Shown one piece after another: positions 48,367 through 60,015 of a stretch of DNA of 64,000 nucleotides. Source of the stretch: Bacteroidota bacterium (GTDB lineage Bacteria; Bacteroidota; Bacteroidia; Bacteroidales; UBA6013); NCBI GenBank assembly GCA_020048645.1, contig JAIFMG010000047.1:3552-67551 (forward strand), in the 5' to 3' direction. The first letter of the stretch is position 1. Every line of letters starts with the position of its first letter. Both the position numbers and the translations under genes were made by a program. The notes under the pieces were generated by a model. That model searched no databases. It was not told the DNA's origin and saw nothing but the letters and a program-made list of their open reading frames with translations.

Positions 48367-48930
48367 ATGTCAAGAATTGGAAAAATGCCCATCGTACTGC
48401 CCGCGGGTGTCAGCCTCAGCGTTGACAAGTCGAACGTGGTGACGGTCAAGGGCAAGCTGGGCGAGCTCAAGCAGGCCGTGAACCCGGAGATCGGAGTCGA
48501 GCTCAATGGCAACGTGGCGCATTTGTCGCGCCCCTCGGACAGCAAGCGGCACAAGGCCCTGCACGGGCTTTACCGCTCCCTGGTCAACAACATGGTCGTG
48601 GGGGTGTCGCAGGGCTTCGAGATCAAGCAGGAGCTCGTGGGCGTGGGCTACCGCGCGGCCGTGAGCGCCTCGAACAAGCAGCTCCTGGAGCTCTCCTTGG
48701 GCTACTCGCACGAGATCCACTTCGAGCTTCCCAGGGAGATCAAGGTGGAGGCCGTCTCCGAGCGCCGCTCTAACCCGATCATCACCCTGAGGAGCCACGA
48801 CAAGCAGCTCATCGGCATGGTGGCCGCAAAGATCCGCTCGCTCCGCAAGCCAGAGCCTTACAAGGGCAAGGGTATCAAGTTCGTGGGTGAGGAGCTTCGC
48901 CGGAAAGCGGGCAAGACTTCCTCCAAATAA
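48367..48930 (+). CDS. rplF: 50S ribosomal protein L6
   Basis: MSRIGKMPIVLPAGVSLSVD...EPYKGKGIKFVGE. Confidence 0.97.
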   Translation: MSRIGKMPIVLPAGVSLSVDKSNVVTVKGKLGELKQAVNPEIGVELNGNVAHLSRPSDSKRHKALHGLYRSLVNNMVVGVSQGFEIKQELVGVGYRAAVSASNKQLLELSLGYSHEIHFELPREIKVEAVSERRSNPIITLRSHDKQLIGMVAAKIRSLRKPEPYKGKGIKFVGEELRRKAGKTSSK

Positions 48931-48957
48931 TCTGGATGAACCTCAAAAAAGACCACC

Positions 48958-49311
48958 ATGGCTTTCTCAAAAACTCTCAGGAGACAAAAAATCAAGCAGC
49001 GCATCCGCAAGCGCATCACCGGAACCACCAGTCGTCCTCGGTTGTCGGTCTTCCGGAGCAACAAGCAAATTTCGGTTCAGCTCATTGACGACACACAAGG
49101 AAAAACGCTTACATTCGCGTCCTCTTTGGAAAAGGACTTTGAAGCGAAGGGAACCAAGACCCAGGTGGCCTCCGAGGTTGGCAAGCGCATCGCCCAGAAG
49201 GCGATCGCCGCGGGCCATGAGGCCATCGTCTTCGACCGAAACGGCTACTTGTATCATGGTCGCGTGAAGGCCCTGGCGGACGCTGCCAGGGAAGCGGGAC
49301 TTAAATTCTAA
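48958..49311 (+). CDS. rplR: 50S ribosomal protein L18
   Basis: [20 protein letters not shown]...[27 protein letters not shown]. Confidence 0.97.
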   Translation: MAFSKTLRRQKIKQRIRKRITGTTSRPRLSVFRSNKQISVQLIDDTQGKTLTFASSLEKDFEAKGTKTQVASEVGKRIAQKAIAAGHEAIVFDRNGYLYHGRVKALADAAREAGLKF

Positions 49312-49317
49312 GCAAAC

Positions 49318-49833
49318 ATGTCTGGAACAATCAGAAAAGTGAATCCCACAGGTCTTGACTTGAAAGACCGCCTGGTGGCCATCAACCGCGTAACCAAGGT
49401 TACCAAGGGTGGACGCACCTTCACCTTCTCGGCCATCGTCGTCGTCGGCGATGAGAACGGGGTCGTCGGATACGGCCTCGGCAAGGCCAGCGAGGTGACC
49501 GCAGCCATCACCAAGGGTGTCGAGGAGGCCAAGAAGAACCTCTACAAGATCCCGGTGCACAACAAGACCATCCCCCACGAGCAGGACGCCAAGTACGGCG
49601 GCGCAAAGGTGTGGATCAAGCCGGCCACGCCGGGCACCGGCGTGAAGGCGGGAGGCGCGATGCGCCAGGTTCTCGAGGGCGTCGGCATCCATGACCTTCT
49701 GGCCAAGTCGAAAGGATCGTCCAACCCGCACAACCTGGTCAAGGCCACCATGGCGGCCTTGTTGGAGCTCCGCGACCCGGCCACCGTGGCCCAGCATCGG
49801 GGCATCTCCGTACAGAAAGTCTTCAAAGGATAA
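49318..49833 (+). CDS. rpsE: 30S ribosomal protein S5
   Basis: [42 protein letters not shown]...[11 protein letters not shown]. Confidence 0.97.
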   Translation: MSGTIRKVNPTGLDLKDRLVAINRVTKVTKGGRTFTFSAIVVVGDENGVVGYGLGKASEVTAAITKGVEEAKKNLYKIPVHNKTIPHEQDAKYGGAKVWIKPATPGTGVKAGGAMRQVLEGVGIHDLLAKSKGSSNPHNLVKATMAALLELRDPATVAQHRGISVQKVFKG

Positions 49834-49854
49834 TCCTACAAAGCCAAGGAAACC

Positions 49855-50040
49855 ATGACCCAATCAATCAAAATCAAGCAGGTCAAGAGCCGCATTGGCA
49901 GCACCAAGCGCCAAAAGAGCACGCTCGACTCCCTGGGGTTGAGGAAGATGAACGCCAGCGTGGTGAAGCTTGCCAGTCCCGAGATTCTCGGGATGGTGGC
50001 CAAGGTATCGCATCTGGTGCAAGTTGAAGAAATCGCCTAA
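49855..50040 (+). CDS. rpmD: 50S ribosomal protein L30
   Basis: IKIKQVKSRIGSTKRQKSTLDSLGLRKMNASV; 61 aa. Confidence 0.93.
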   Translation: MTQSIKIKQVKSRIGSTKRQKSTLDSLGLRKMNASVVKLASPEILGMVAKVSHLVQVEEIA

Positions 50041-50058
50041 CCCGCAAAACAACAAGAA

Positions 50059-50505
50059 ATGGAACTTTCAAACCTACGGCCTGCCAAAGGCTCAACCCAC
50101 AGCAGCAAGCGCATCGGCCGCGGACAAGGCTCTGGCAAGGGTGGCACCTCCACCCGCGGGCACAAGGGCGCCAAGTCGCGTTCGGGATACTCCAAGAAGG
50201 TCGGCTTCGAAGGCGGCCAGATGCCCCTCCAGCGCCGCGTCCCCAAGTTCGGCTTCAAGAACATCAACCGCGTCGAGTACGTGCCCGTCAGCCTTGAGCT
50301 CCTCCAGAAGCTTTCCGACAAGCTCGGGGTGACGACCATCACCATCGAGAACCTGATCGACGAGCGGATCATCTCCAAGCGCGGCCGGGCCAAGGTGCTT
50401 TGCAACGGCGAGCTGAGCGCTAAACTGGACGTAACCGCCCACGGGTTCTCGAAGGCCGCCATCGAGGCCATCGAGGCCAAGGGCGGCACCGCAACAAAAC
50501 TCTGA
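50059..50505 (+). CDS. rplO: 50S ribosomal protein L15
   Basis: LSNLRPAKGSTHSSKRIGRGQGSGKGGTSTRGHKGAKSRSG...MPLQRRVPKFGF. Confidence 0.97.
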   Translation: MELSNLRPAKGSTHSSKRIGRGQGSGKGGTSTRGHKGAKSRSGYSKKVGFEGGQMPLQRRVPKFGFKNINRVEYVPVSLELLQKLSDKLGVTTITIENLIDERIISKRGRAKVLCNGELSAKLDVTAHGFSKAAIEAIEAKGGTATKL

Positions 50506-50509
50506 GCTG

Positions 50510-51847
50510 ATGAAATTCATTGAGACGATTCGTAACATCTTCAAAATCGAAGACCTGCGGGCAAGAATCCTGACCACCCTTGGATTCTTGCTCATCTACC
50601 GCTTGGGCTCATACGTGGTGCTCCCCGGCATAGACCCGCAGCAGCTCGACCAGTTGAAGGTGCAGACCTCCGACGGCCTCCTGAGCATGATCAACATGTT
50701 CTCGGGCGGGGCGTTCTCCAACGCCTCCATCTTCGCGCTGGGCATCATGCCGTACATCTCGGCGGCCATCGTGATCCAGCTTCTGGGCATGGCCGTGCCC
50801 TACTTCCGGCGGTTGCAGACCGAAGGGGAGAGCGGGCGCAAGAAGATCAGCCAGATCACCCGATACCTGACGGTGCTCATCACGGCCGGCCAGGCCCCGG
50901 GCTACATCGCGAACTTGCAGATGCAGTTGCCGACCTCGGCCTTCGTGGTGAGCGGCACTTTTTTCTGGCTGTCCTCCATCCTGATCCTTGTGGCGGGCAC
51001 CATCTTCGTCATGTGGCTGGGCGAGCGGATAACAGAAAAGGGCATCGGCAACGGCATATCGCTTCTGATCATGATTGGCATCATCGCCAGCCTTCCGTCG
51101 GCCCTCTTCCAGGAGTTCGCCTTCCGCCTCGAGGACCAGAGCGGTGGTGGGCTGGTGATGTTCATCGTCGAGATGGCGATCATGTTCGTGGTCTTCATGG
51201 CGGTCATCCTGCTGGTGCAGGGTGTGCGCCGCATCCCGGTGCAGTATGCCAAGCGCATCGTTGGCAGCCGCCAGTATGGCGGCGCGCGCCAGTACATCCC
51301 CTTGAAGATCAACGCCGCGGGCGTCATGCCCATCATCTTCGCCCAGGCGCTGATGTTCATCCCGATGATGTTCACCGGCTTCGACTCGGACGCCATGAGC
51401 TCGGTAGGCAGCGCCTTCTCGGACATCATGGGCTTCTGGTACAACTTCGTGTTCGCGGTGCTGGTCATCGTCTTCACCTACTTCTACACGGCCATCACGA
51501 TCAACCCCACGCAGATGGCCGAGGACATGAAGCGCAACAGCGGCTTCATCCCTGGCGTCAAGCCGGGCAAGAAGACGGTCGAGTTCCTGGACGCGGTCAT
51601 GTCCCGCATCACGCTTCCCGGTTCCATCTTCCTGGCGCTGGTGGCCATCCTGCCGGCCTTCGCGATGGCGGTGGGCGTGAACATGCAGTTCGCCCAGTTC
51701 TTTGGCGGCACCTCGCTGCTGATCCTGGTCGGTGTAGTGCTTGACACCCTGCAACAAATCGAGAGCCACCTGCTGATGCGGCATTACGATGGCCTGATGA
51801 AATCAGGTCGAATCAAGGGCCGCGTAGGCGCAGGCGCTTCAATCTAA
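50510..51847 (+). CDS. secY: Preprotein translocase subunit SecY
   Basis: 445 aa with 10 TM helices. [45 protein letters not shown]. Confidence 0.97.
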   Translation: MKFIETIRNIFKIEDLRARILTTLGFLLIYRLGSYVVLPGIDPQQLDQLKVQTSDGLLSMINMFSGGAFSNASIFALGIMPYISAAIVIQLLGMAVPYFRRLQTEGESGRKKISQITRYLTVLITAGQAPGYIANLQMQLPTSAFVVSGTFFWLSSILILVAGTIFVMWLGERITEKGIGNGISLLIMIGIIASLPSALFQEFAFRLEDQSGGGLVMFIVEMAIMFVVFMAVILLVQGVRRIPVQYAKRIVGSRQYGGARQYIPLKINAAGVMPIIFAQALMFIPMMFTGFDSDAMSSVGSAFSDIMGFWYNFVFAVLVIVFTYFYTAITINPTQMAEDMKRNSGFIPGVKPGKKTVEFLDAVMSRITLPGSIFLALVAILPAFAMAVGVNMQFAQFFGGTSLLILVGVVLDTLQQIESHLLMRHYDGLMKSGRIKGRVGAGASI

Positions 51848-51861
51848 ACCGTCCCACCCAA

Positions 51862-52086
51862 ATGTCAAAGCAGCAAGCGATCGAGCAAGATGGCACCATC
51901 ACGGAGGCCTTGTCCAATGCGATGTTCCGCATCGAGTTGGAGAACGGCCACGTCATCACAGGGCATATCTCTGGGAAGATGCGTATGCACTACATCAAGA
52001 TTTTGCCTGGCGACAAGGTCAAGGTGGAGATGTCCCCCTATGACCTGACGAAGGGGCGTATCGTTTTCCGTTACAAAAACTCTTAA
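51862..52086 (+). CDS. infA: Translation initiation factor IF-1
   Basis: [66 protein letters not shown]. Confidence 0.97.
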   Translation: MSKQQAIEQDGTITEALSNAMFRIELENGHVITGHISGKMRMHYIKILPGDKVKVEMSPYDLTKGRIVFRYKNS

Positions 52087-52090
52087 CAAG

Positions 52091-52207
52091 ATGAAAGTAA
52101 AAACATCCATCAAGAAGCGTAGCGCCGATTGCAAGATCGTCAAGCGGAAGGGCCGCCTCTACGTGATCAACAAGAAGAACCCCAAATTCAAACAACGTCA
52201 GGGTTAA
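52091..52207 (+). CDS. rpmJ: 50S ribosomal protein L36
   Basis: This gene is absent from the supplied ORF track because it is too short. My translation is [38 protein letters not shown] followed by a stop (38 aa), in the conserved infA-rpmJ-rpsM position. Confidence 0.9.
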   Translation: MKVKTSIKKRSADCKIVKRKGRLYVINKKNPKFKQRQG

Positions 52208-52237
52208 CTCTTTGACCCTCAACCAAAAGAACGAACA

Positions 52238-52609
52238 ATGGCACGAATCGTTGGTGTTGATTTACCTAAAAACAAGCGGGGCGTCATCGGTCTCACTTAC
52301 ATCTTCGGCGTAGGCAGGAGCAAGGCCAAGAAAATCCTCGACACCTTGGGTATCGACGAGAACATCAAGGTCAAGGACTGGACGGACGCCCACATCGCCA
52401 GCATCCGCGAGGAGATGGCGAACCACACCGTCGAGGGCGAGCTCCGCTCCGAGGTGCAGATGAACATCAAGCGCCTCATGGACATCGGATGCTACCGTGG
52501 GATCCGCCACCGCCTGGGTCTTCCTGTGCGCGGCCAGAGCACGAAGAACAATGCCCGCACGCGCAAGGGCAAGAAGAAAACTGTCGCTAACAAAAAGAAA
52601 GCACGTTAA
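52238..52609 (+). CDS. rpsM: 30S ribosomal protein S13
   Basis: [26 protein letters not shown]...[28 protein letters not shown]. Confidence 0.97.
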   Translation: MARIVGVDLPKNKRGVIGLTYIFGVGRSKAKKILDTLGIDENIKVKDWTDAHIASIREEMANHTVEGELRSEVQMNIKRLMDIGCYRGIRHRLGLPVRGQSTKNNARTRKGKKKTVANKKKAR

Positions 52610-52611
52610 AA

Positions 52612-53007
52612 ATGGCTAAAAAGAAGAAAGTCGCCGCGGCGAAGAAGCGCATCGTGAAGGTGGAGTCTGTAGGCCAGGCCCACATCCATGCTTCCTTCAA
52701 CAACATCATCATCTCGCTGACCAACCTCAACGGCGAGGTGATCTCATGGTCTTCCGCGGGCAAGATGGGTTTCAAAGGTTCGAAGAAGAACACTCCTTAC
52801 GCGGCGCAGACCGCAGCAGGCGACTGCGCCAAATCAGCCCATGACGCTGGCCTTCGGAAGGTGAAGGTCTATGTCAAGGGACCCGGAAACGGACGCGAGT
52901 CCGCGATACGCGCGCTCTACAACAGCGGCATCGAGGTTTCCGAAATCATCGACGTGACACCATTACCCCATAATGGTTGCAGACCACCTAAGAAAAGAAG
53001 AGTTTGA
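52612..53007 (+). CDS. rpsK: 30S ribosomal protein S11
   Basis: [46 protein letters not shown]...[16 protein letters not shown]. Confidence 0.97.
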   Translation: MAKKKKVAAAKKRIVKVESVGQAHIHASFNNIIISLTNLNGEVISWSSAGKMGFKGSKKNTPYAAQTAAGDCAKSAHDAGLRKVKVYVKGPGNGRESAIRALYNSGIEVSEIIDVTPLPHNGCRPPKKRRV

Positions 53008-53036
53008 GTTCTTACCTTTAAACTGATCATCTCCCA

Positions 53037-53645
53037 ATGGCAAGATACATCGGCCCCAAAACCAAAATCGCCCGGAAGTTCGACGAACCGATCTACGGCC
53101 CTGACAAGTACTACGAGAAGAAGAAGTACCCTCCTGGAATGCACGGCGCCAACCGCAAGCGCAAGAAACAGTCCGTCTATGCCCTCCAGCTCAAGGAGAA
53201 GCAGAAGGTAAAATATACCTACGGCGTATTGGAGCGCCAGTTCTCCATAATCTTCGAGAAGGCCAGCCGCAGCAAGGGCGTGACGGGCGAGGTGTTGCTC
53301 CAACTCCTCGAGTCCCGCCTGGACAACGTGGTCTTCCGCCTGGGCATCTCTCCGAGCCGCGACGGGGCCCGGCAGTTGGTCACCCACCGGCACATCACCG
53401 TGAACGGCAAGGTCGTCGGCATCCCCTCGTTCCTGGTCAAGAGTGGCGACGTGGTGGCCGTCCGCGAGCGTTCCAAGGCCTTGGAGGTCATCGAGAGCGC
53501 CGTGGCCTCCGGGCGCGCTTCGCGCTACGCCTGGCTCGAGTGGGACAAGCTGAGCAAGGTGGGCAAGTTCCTGAACCCGCCAAGCCGCGAGGAGATCCCT
53601 GAGAACTTCAACGAGCAGGCCATCGTCGAGCTTTTCTCCAAGTAA
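53037..53645 (+). CDS. rpsD: 30S ribosomal protein S4
   Basis: [15 protein letters not shown]...[34 protein letters not shown]. Confidence 0.97.
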   Translation: MARYIGPKTKIARKFDEPIYGPDKYYEKKKYPPGMHGANRKRKKQSVYALQLKEKQKVKYTYGVLERQFSIIFEKASRSKGVTGEVLLQLLESRLDNVVFRLGISPSRDGARQLVTHRHITVNGKVVGIPSFLVKSGDVVAVRERSKALEVIESAVASGRASRYAWLEWDKLSKVGKFLNPPSREEIPENFNEQAIVELFSK

Positions 53646-53722
53646 CAGCAACTTGGCGCATCTCCTGGCCTTCGTGGGGTGGGAGATGCTTGCTTTTCCT
53701 TTTTCAAACAACAAAATCATCT

Positions 53723-54712
53723 ATGGCAATCCTAGCTTTTCAAAAACCAGACAAGGTCATCATGCTCGAAGACAGCCTCACCTACGGCAAGTTCGAGTTT
53801 CGGCCTTTGGAGCCTGGTTACGGCATCACGGTTGGCAACGCGCTCAGGAGGATTCTGCTTTCTTCGTTGGAAGGCTTCGCGATAACGAACATTCGTATCG
53901 AGGGGGTCGATCACGAGTTCTCGACCATCAAGGGCGTGGTGGAGGATGTGACGGAGATCATCCTGAACCTCAAGCAGGTGCGTTTCAGGAGGGTGGTGGC
54001 CGAAGACCAGGAGCGGTTCACTGTAACCATCTCGGGCAAGGATACCTTGCGTGCGGGCGATTTCAACAAGTTCTCGTCCGTATTCAGCGTCCTCAACCCG
54101 GACCTGGTCATTTGCCACATGGAGCCCAAGACCGAGATCAGCGTCGAGATCCACATTGGCAAAGGACGCGGATACGTTCCCGCCGAGGAGAACAAGCTGC
54201 CTGACCCTCCCTTCGGGATGATTGCCATCGACTCGATTTTCACCCCGATCAAGAACGTCAAGTACTCGGTCGAGAACTTCCGCGTCGAGCAGAAGACCGA
54301 CTATGAGAAACTGGTCGTCGAAATCCAGACCGATGGCTCCATCCATCCCAAGAGCGCCCTCGAGGACGCCGCGAAGATCCTCATCCACCACTTCATGCTT
54401 TTCTCCGACGAGAAAATCAAGATCGACACGGAGGAGAGCTTCCACAGCGAGGAGTTCGACGAGGAGTCCCTGCACATGCGGCAACTGCTCAAGTCGAAGC
54501 TCGTGGACATGGACCTCTCGGTCAGGGCGCTCAACTGCCTCAAGGCCGCCGATGTCGAAACCTTGTCGGACCTGGTCGTTTACAATAAAAACGACCTGTT
54601 GAAATTCCGCAACTTCGGCAAGAAGTCCCTCACCGAGCTGGAAGACCTGCTCACGAGCCTGAGCCTGACTTTCGGAATGGACATCAGCAAGTACAAGGTC
54701 GAAAAGGACTAA
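53723..54712 (+). CDS. rpoA: DNA-directed RNA polymerase subunit alpha
   Basis: The ATG at 53723 gives [42 protein letters not shown] is present, and the C-terminal domain reads [21 protein letters not shown]...[11 protein letters not shown]. Confidence 0.97.
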   Translation: MAILAFQKPDKVIMLEDSLTYGKFEFRPLEPGYGITVGNALRRILLSSLEGFAITNIRIEGVDHEFSTIKGVVEDVTEIILNLKQVRFRRVVAEDQERFTVTISGKDTLRAGDFNKFSSVFSVLNPDLVICHMEPKTEISVEIHIGKGRGYVPAEENKLPDPPFGMIAIDSIFTPIKNVKYSVENFRVEQKTDYEKLVVEIQTDGSIHPKSALEDAAKILIHHFMLFSDEKIKIDTEESFHSEEFDEESLHMRQLLKSKLVDMDLSVRALNCLKAADVETLSDLVVYNKNDLLKFRNFGKKSLTELEDLLTSLSLTFGMDISKYKVEKD

Positions 54713-54757
54713 AGCCGCCAGCTTTTGCTTTTCGCAAACAAAAATCCATAAGTTCAA

Positions 54758-55231
54758 ATGAGACACAGAAAGAACTTCAATCACCTTGGCCGCAATAGCG
54801 CTCACCGGAAAGCAATGCTGGCGAACATGGCCATTTCGCTGATTGAGCACAAACGAATCCGCACCACGGTGGCCAAGGCAAAGGCCCTGCGCACCTACGT
54901 GGAGCCTCTGATCACCAAGGCCAAGACCGACAGCACGCACTTCCGCCGCCTGGTCTTCCAGAAGTTGAACAACAAGTACGCCGTGACCGAGCTCTTCCGC
55001 GAAATCTCGGTCAAGGTGGGCGACCGTCCTGGTGGATACACCCGCATCATCAAGCTCGAGAACCGGCTGGGAGACAACGCCGAGATGTGCTACATCGAGC
55101 TGGTGGACTACAACGAGCTGATGCTCGCCAGCAAGGCCGCCGCCTCCGGCGCTGCCGATCCCAAGAAAAAGCGCACCCGCCGCGGACGCAAAAAGGCCGA
55201 TGGGACCGATGCCCCAGAGCAGCAGGATTGA
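54758..55231 (+). CDS. rplQ: 50S ribosomal protein L17
   Basis: [45 protein letters not shown]. It has a basic C-terminal tail. Confidence 0.97.
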   Translation: MRHRKNFNHLGRNSAHRKAMLANMAISLIEHKRIRTTVAKAKALRTYVEPLITKAKTDSTHFRRLVFQKLNNKYAVTELFREISVKVGDRPGGYTRIIKLENRLGDNAEMCYIELVDYNELMLASKAAASGAADPKKKRTRRGRKKADGTDAPEQQD

Positions 55232-55270
55232 TCACCGTCTTTTTGATGACGACCTTTTTCCAAAAAATGT

Positions 55271-55278
55271 TATTTTTG
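55271..55278 (+). promoter_or_regulatory. Candidate -7 promoter box (TAnnTTTG) upstream of eno
   Basis: TATTTTTG lies 69 nt upstream of the eno ATG. The nearest upstream TTTG (55242-55245) is 25 nt away, which is a longer spacer than the consensus. Confidence 0.25.
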
Positions 55279-55289
55279 AGAGGGACTAG

Positions 55290-56633
<1,344 letters not shown>

Positions 56634-56657
56634 GCTTCCTTCCCGACCTTCCGCCCC

Positions 56658-56691
56658 AGCCGCCCCTTGCTCGCCAGGGGGCGGCTTTTTT
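56658..56691 (+). terminator. Rho-independent terminator after eno
   Basis: AGCCGCCCC (56658-56666), an 11-nt loop, GGGGCGGCT (56678-56686), running into a T6 run. Confidence 0.7.
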
Positions 56692-57137
56692 CATCATTTG
56701 TGGGGATTGCCGAACGGGAACTGTTCGGCGAGTTTTTCCTCAACCTGTTATCCAGTTGCGTTCAATGGTGGAATAAGTAAGACTTCAAAATTAACTAGCA
56801 TTAAATTTCAAATTAATGTTCAAATGAATATCTACTTATTCTTCATCACATTGAATTAAAACACATGGGCAAATATTTTGAAATCAAATAGTTACATATA
56901 AAAAACTATGGGCCTATGTGTTTTCACTACTGTGCCTATGTGATTAAAGGCGCCATAAGGATAATAAAAATAATTTTAGGAACTTACTTATACGTTTGAA
57001 AGCAACTTCCTGCATATGAATTTCCCCAAGTTGGCAAATGATTTTAGTCATAGAATGGGCGCATTGGCTTTGGTGTTTTTGCATCATTGTTGCAAATATA
57101 TCAGATCAACCCAAAAAAAGACGCCATGTGCCAGTTG

Positions 57138-59438
57138 ATGAAAACAAGAATGAAGGCCAGGATCGTGCCGCTGCTCGTGCTGCTGTTGGCGGGCGGTTGG
57201 GTTTCGGGGCAGACCCAGCTCGAGGGAAGGGTCGTTGATGAGCAGGGGGAGGCCCTGCCGGGAGTCAACATCGTGCTGCACCAGAACGGCCTGGGAACCA
57301 TGACGGACACGGAGGGCGGCTACCGGCTGCGAGTCGCCCCGGAGCTCAGGCGGGTTGACGTGCTGTTCAGCTTCGTCGGCTACAAGCCGCATTTGGCGAG
57401 CCTGTGCCTGGATGGGGCCTCGTCCACGGTCCGGATGGATGTCGTGCTGGTGGCCACACCGCTGGAGCTGGAGGAGATCACCGTTACGGCAGGATTCCTG
57501 CAAAGCCGCGAGGCGGTTCCATACCCGATCAGCACGATGCTCAAGCGCGAGGTCGCCTTGGCGGGCTCTGCCAATTTCACGGAGGTGCTGGCCCGGACGC
57601 CTGGCGTCTATGCCATCTCGTTGGGCAACGGGGTCGGCAAGCCGGTCTTGCGCGGCCTGAGCAACGCGAACCTGGTGATGCTCAACGACGGCGCGAAGCT
57701 GGAGAACTTCAACTTTTCGGCCAGCCACCCCTTCTTGCTGGACGAGCTTTCTGCCGGCCGCGTGGAAATCATCAAGGGGCCGGCCTCGCTGCAATACGGC
57801 TCGGACGCCGTGGCGGGGGTCGTCAACGTCCTGGGCGAGCGCCCGGAGCAGCCCGGGGCCTTGTCGGGCGAGCTGCTGGCGGTTTACAGCTCGAACACCG
57901 GGGGCTACCAGGGCAGCCTGGCGCTGAAAGGCGCCTCGGAAGCGCTTTTCTTCAGCCTCCGCGGAAGCACCAAGTCGCATGGGGACTTCACCGACGGCCA
58001 GGGTGGGCGGGTCTTCAACACCCGCTTCAACGAGGACAACCTTTCCGCCACGGTCGGGACCCGACAACGCCTGGGCAACTTTTCGCTCAACTACCACTAC
58101 ACCACTGCCCGGTACGGGCTCCAAAACGCCAGCCTGCTGGCCCTGCTCGCGGCGCGCCCGGAGCTCCTGGCCGAGGGGCGCGAGAACCAGCTCTGGTTCC
58201 AAGACCTTGAAAACCAGGTGGTGGGTTCGAAGAATACCATCTTCGTGGGGGGAGCGACCCTTGACCTTGACCTGGCCTACCAGTCCAACTCGCGCGAGCT
58301 GGTGGCCGGGGGGCTCGACACGCAGGGGCAGGCCCTGGTAAGGCCTACCACCGCCTCGATGCGCCTGGCCACGGTCTCTTACAACGCCAGGCTGAACCTT
58401 CCGCTAGACCAGAAAAAGATCATCGTCGGGCTCAACGGCGCCAACATCCGGAACCAGGCCGATGAGACCAAGCCCGGCAACCCCTTGCTCGATTCCGACA
58501 TCGACGACCTGGGAGCCTACGCGCTCGCGGACCTGTCCCTTTCCGAACGGCTCCAGCTCAGCGGCGGCCTCCGCTTCGACCATCGGGGCATGCGCTCCTA
58601 CCCGGTGGCCACGCCCACCACCGAGCAGTTCCTGGTCGATCGCGGCTACGACAGCTTCAGCGGCTCGCTGGGCTTCTCCTTCAACTTCTCGCCCCAGCAG
58701 TTCCTCAAGCTGAACGTGGCCAGGGGCTTCCGCTCGCCCACGATGCCAGAGCTGACCCAGAACGGCATCCACGGCTCGCGCTACGAGCGCGGCGATCCCG
58801 GCCTGCGGGCGCAGGCCAACGTCCAGCTCGACCTGAACTACCACTGGCACACGCCTTGGCTGGTCATTGACCTCAGCCCATTCTACAACCGCATCGACAA
58901 CTACATCTACGTGGTCATGACAGACCTGCCGGCCCCCATCGGCCAGGGCATGGTCTTCCAGCATGTGCAGGACGACGCCGTCTTCGCCGGCGGCGAGCTG
59001 GCGATGGACATCCATCCCAGCCCGTGGCTCGGCCTGCACGCCAGCTACAGCATGGTGCGGGCCTCCATCGAGGGCGGCGGCCCGGGCGTGGAGCATCCCA
59101 CCTTCATCCCTCCTGACCGCCTCACCGCCGAGCTCAAGTTCTCGTGCCAGGAGCTGGCCTTCCTGCACAAGCCTTTTGCCAGCTTCGGCATGGCGCGCCT
59201 TTTCGACCAGGACCAGGTAGGCCAGAACGAGGCGGCGACCCCCGGCTACACCCTTTTCAATGCCCGGCTCGAGACCAACATCAAGGTGTCCGGCAACGAG
59301 TGGACGTTCTTCCTCCAGGCCAACAACCTCTTCGACCGGGCCTACATCGACCACCTGTCCATCACCAAGCAACTGGAATTGAACATGATGGGCCGGAACA
59401 TCCTCTTCGGGGCACGGCTGTCTTTCAACAAGCGTTAA
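57138..59438 (+). CDS. TonB-dependent receptor with an N-terminal carboxypeptidase-regulatory-like domain
   Basis: The start is at 57138 (MKTRMKARIVPLLVLLLAGGWVSGQ), with 57126 as the alternative. LEGRVVDEQGEALPGVNIVL is the CarbopepD_reg-like segment. The plug region reads VEIIKGPASLQYGSDAVAGVVNV. The terminal barrel ends GARLSFNKR. Confidence 0.88.
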   Translation: MKTRMKARIVPLLVLLLAGGWVSGQTQLEGRVVDEQGEALPGVNIVLHQNGLGTMTDTEGGYRLRVAPELRRVDVLFSFVGYKPHLASLCLDGASSTVRMDVVLVATPLELEEITVTAGFLQSREAVPYPISTMLKREVALAGSANFTEVLARTPGVYAISLGNGVGKPVLRGLSNANLVMLNDGAKLENFNFSASHPFLLDELSAGRVEIIKGPASLQYGSDAVAGVVNVLGERPEQPGALSGELLAVYSSNTGGYQGSLALKGASEALFFSLRGSTKSHGDFTDGQGGRVFNTRFNEDNLSATVGTRQRLGNFSLNYHYTTARYGLQNASLLALLAARPELLAEGRENQLWFQDLENQVVGSKNTIFVGGATLDLDLAYQSNSRELVAGGLDTQGQALVRPTTASMRLATVSYNARLNLPLDQKKIIVGLNGANIRNQADETKPGNPLLDSDIDDLGAYALADLSLSERLQLSGGLRFDHRGMRSYPVATPTTEQFLVDRGYDSFSGSLGFSFNFSPQQFLKLNVARGFRSPTMPELTQNGIHGSRYERGDPGLRAQANVQLDLNYHWHTPWLVIDLSPFYNRIDNYIYVVMTDLPAPIGQGMVFQHVQDDAVFAGGELAMDIHPSPWLGLHASYSMVRASIEGGGPGVEHPTFIPPDRLTAELKFSCQELAFLHKPFASFGMARLFDQDQVGQNEAATPGYTLFNARLETNIKVSGNEWTFFLQANNLFDRAYIDHLSITKQLELNMMGRNILFGARLSFNKR

Positions 59439-59462
59439 ATTTGTATGTTTAAATAAAATCTC

Positions 59463-59930
59463 ATGAAAAAGAAAATGTTCTTCGCGCTCCTCGGAGCCAT
59501 GTCCTTGATGGCCGGCTGCTCGGCCCCACCGCAGACGCCGCCGCAGGCCGAGCCAGCCCCTGCCGCCGCGACGCACGAAAGCCTCATCATCAACCTGACC
59601 AGCGACCCCATGGAAAGCGCCCACGGCGCGATGATGGGCCTGCACCTGGCCCAGAAGGCCCTGGCCGACGGCATGTCCGTCACGGTCTTCCTGAACGTCG
59701 ATGGCGTCAAGCTGCTCCAGGCCGGGGCGGATACCCTGGTGTTCCATGGCGAGAACATCTCCGAGCTGCTCGGCTCCGTCTCGGGCGAAGGAGGCAAGAT
59801 CCTGGCCTGTCCCCACTGCCTGCACGTGCATGGCCTTTCGGAAGCCGACTTGAGGCCGGGTGTGGAATTGGCGCAAGACAGCGTGCTGCTCGGCAAGATT
59901 CGCCAGGCCCCGACGGTCTTCACCTACTGA
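59463..59930 (+). CDS. DsrE/DsrF-like family lipoprotein
   Basis: 155 aa with a lipobox (LMAGCS). LIINLTSDP..SAHGAMMGLHLAQKALADGMSVTVFLNVDGVKLL...GKILACPHCLHVHGL fits the DsrE-fold pattern (vtvfl..dGV...v.vC..c...rGl). It lies 24 nt after the receptor gene. Confidence 0.6.
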   Translation: MKKKMFFALLGAMSLMAGCSAPPQTPPQAEPAPAAATHESLIINLTSDPMESAHGAMMGLHLAQKALADGMSVTVFLNVDGVKLLQAGADTLVFHGENISELLGSVSGEGGKILACPHCLHVHGLSEADLRPGVELAQDSVLLGKIRQAPTVFTY

Positions 59931-59946
59931 AACCAGTGGCAGAGAA

Positions 59947-59985
59947 ACGGCGGGCGGCCCCACGGCCAGAGGGGCTGCCCGCCGT
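59947..59985. terminator. GC-rich hairpin between convergent genes (possible bidirectional terminator)
   Basis: ACGGCGGGCGGCCCC (59947-59961), a 9-nt loop, GGGGCTGCCCGCCGT (59971-59985). That is 15 bp with one mismatch and no U-run. Confidence 0.4.
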
Positions 59986-60015
59986 CCGTCCATGCGGAAG
60001 GCGGGCCGCGCCGCC

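Noticed and set aside
56748-56756. DnaA-box-like TTATCCAGT in the AT-rich spacer, as a possible replication origin
   Set aside because: It is a single imperfect box (7 of 9 matches to TTATCCACA). There is no cluster of boxes and no dnaA/dnaN nearby. The AT-richness alone is insufficient.
57038-57238. 66-aa ORF starting in the AT-rich spacer
   Set aside because: It runs out of frame into the TonB-dependent receptor gene. Its second half is an Ala/Arg/Gly shadow, and it has no RBS-like or conserved features.
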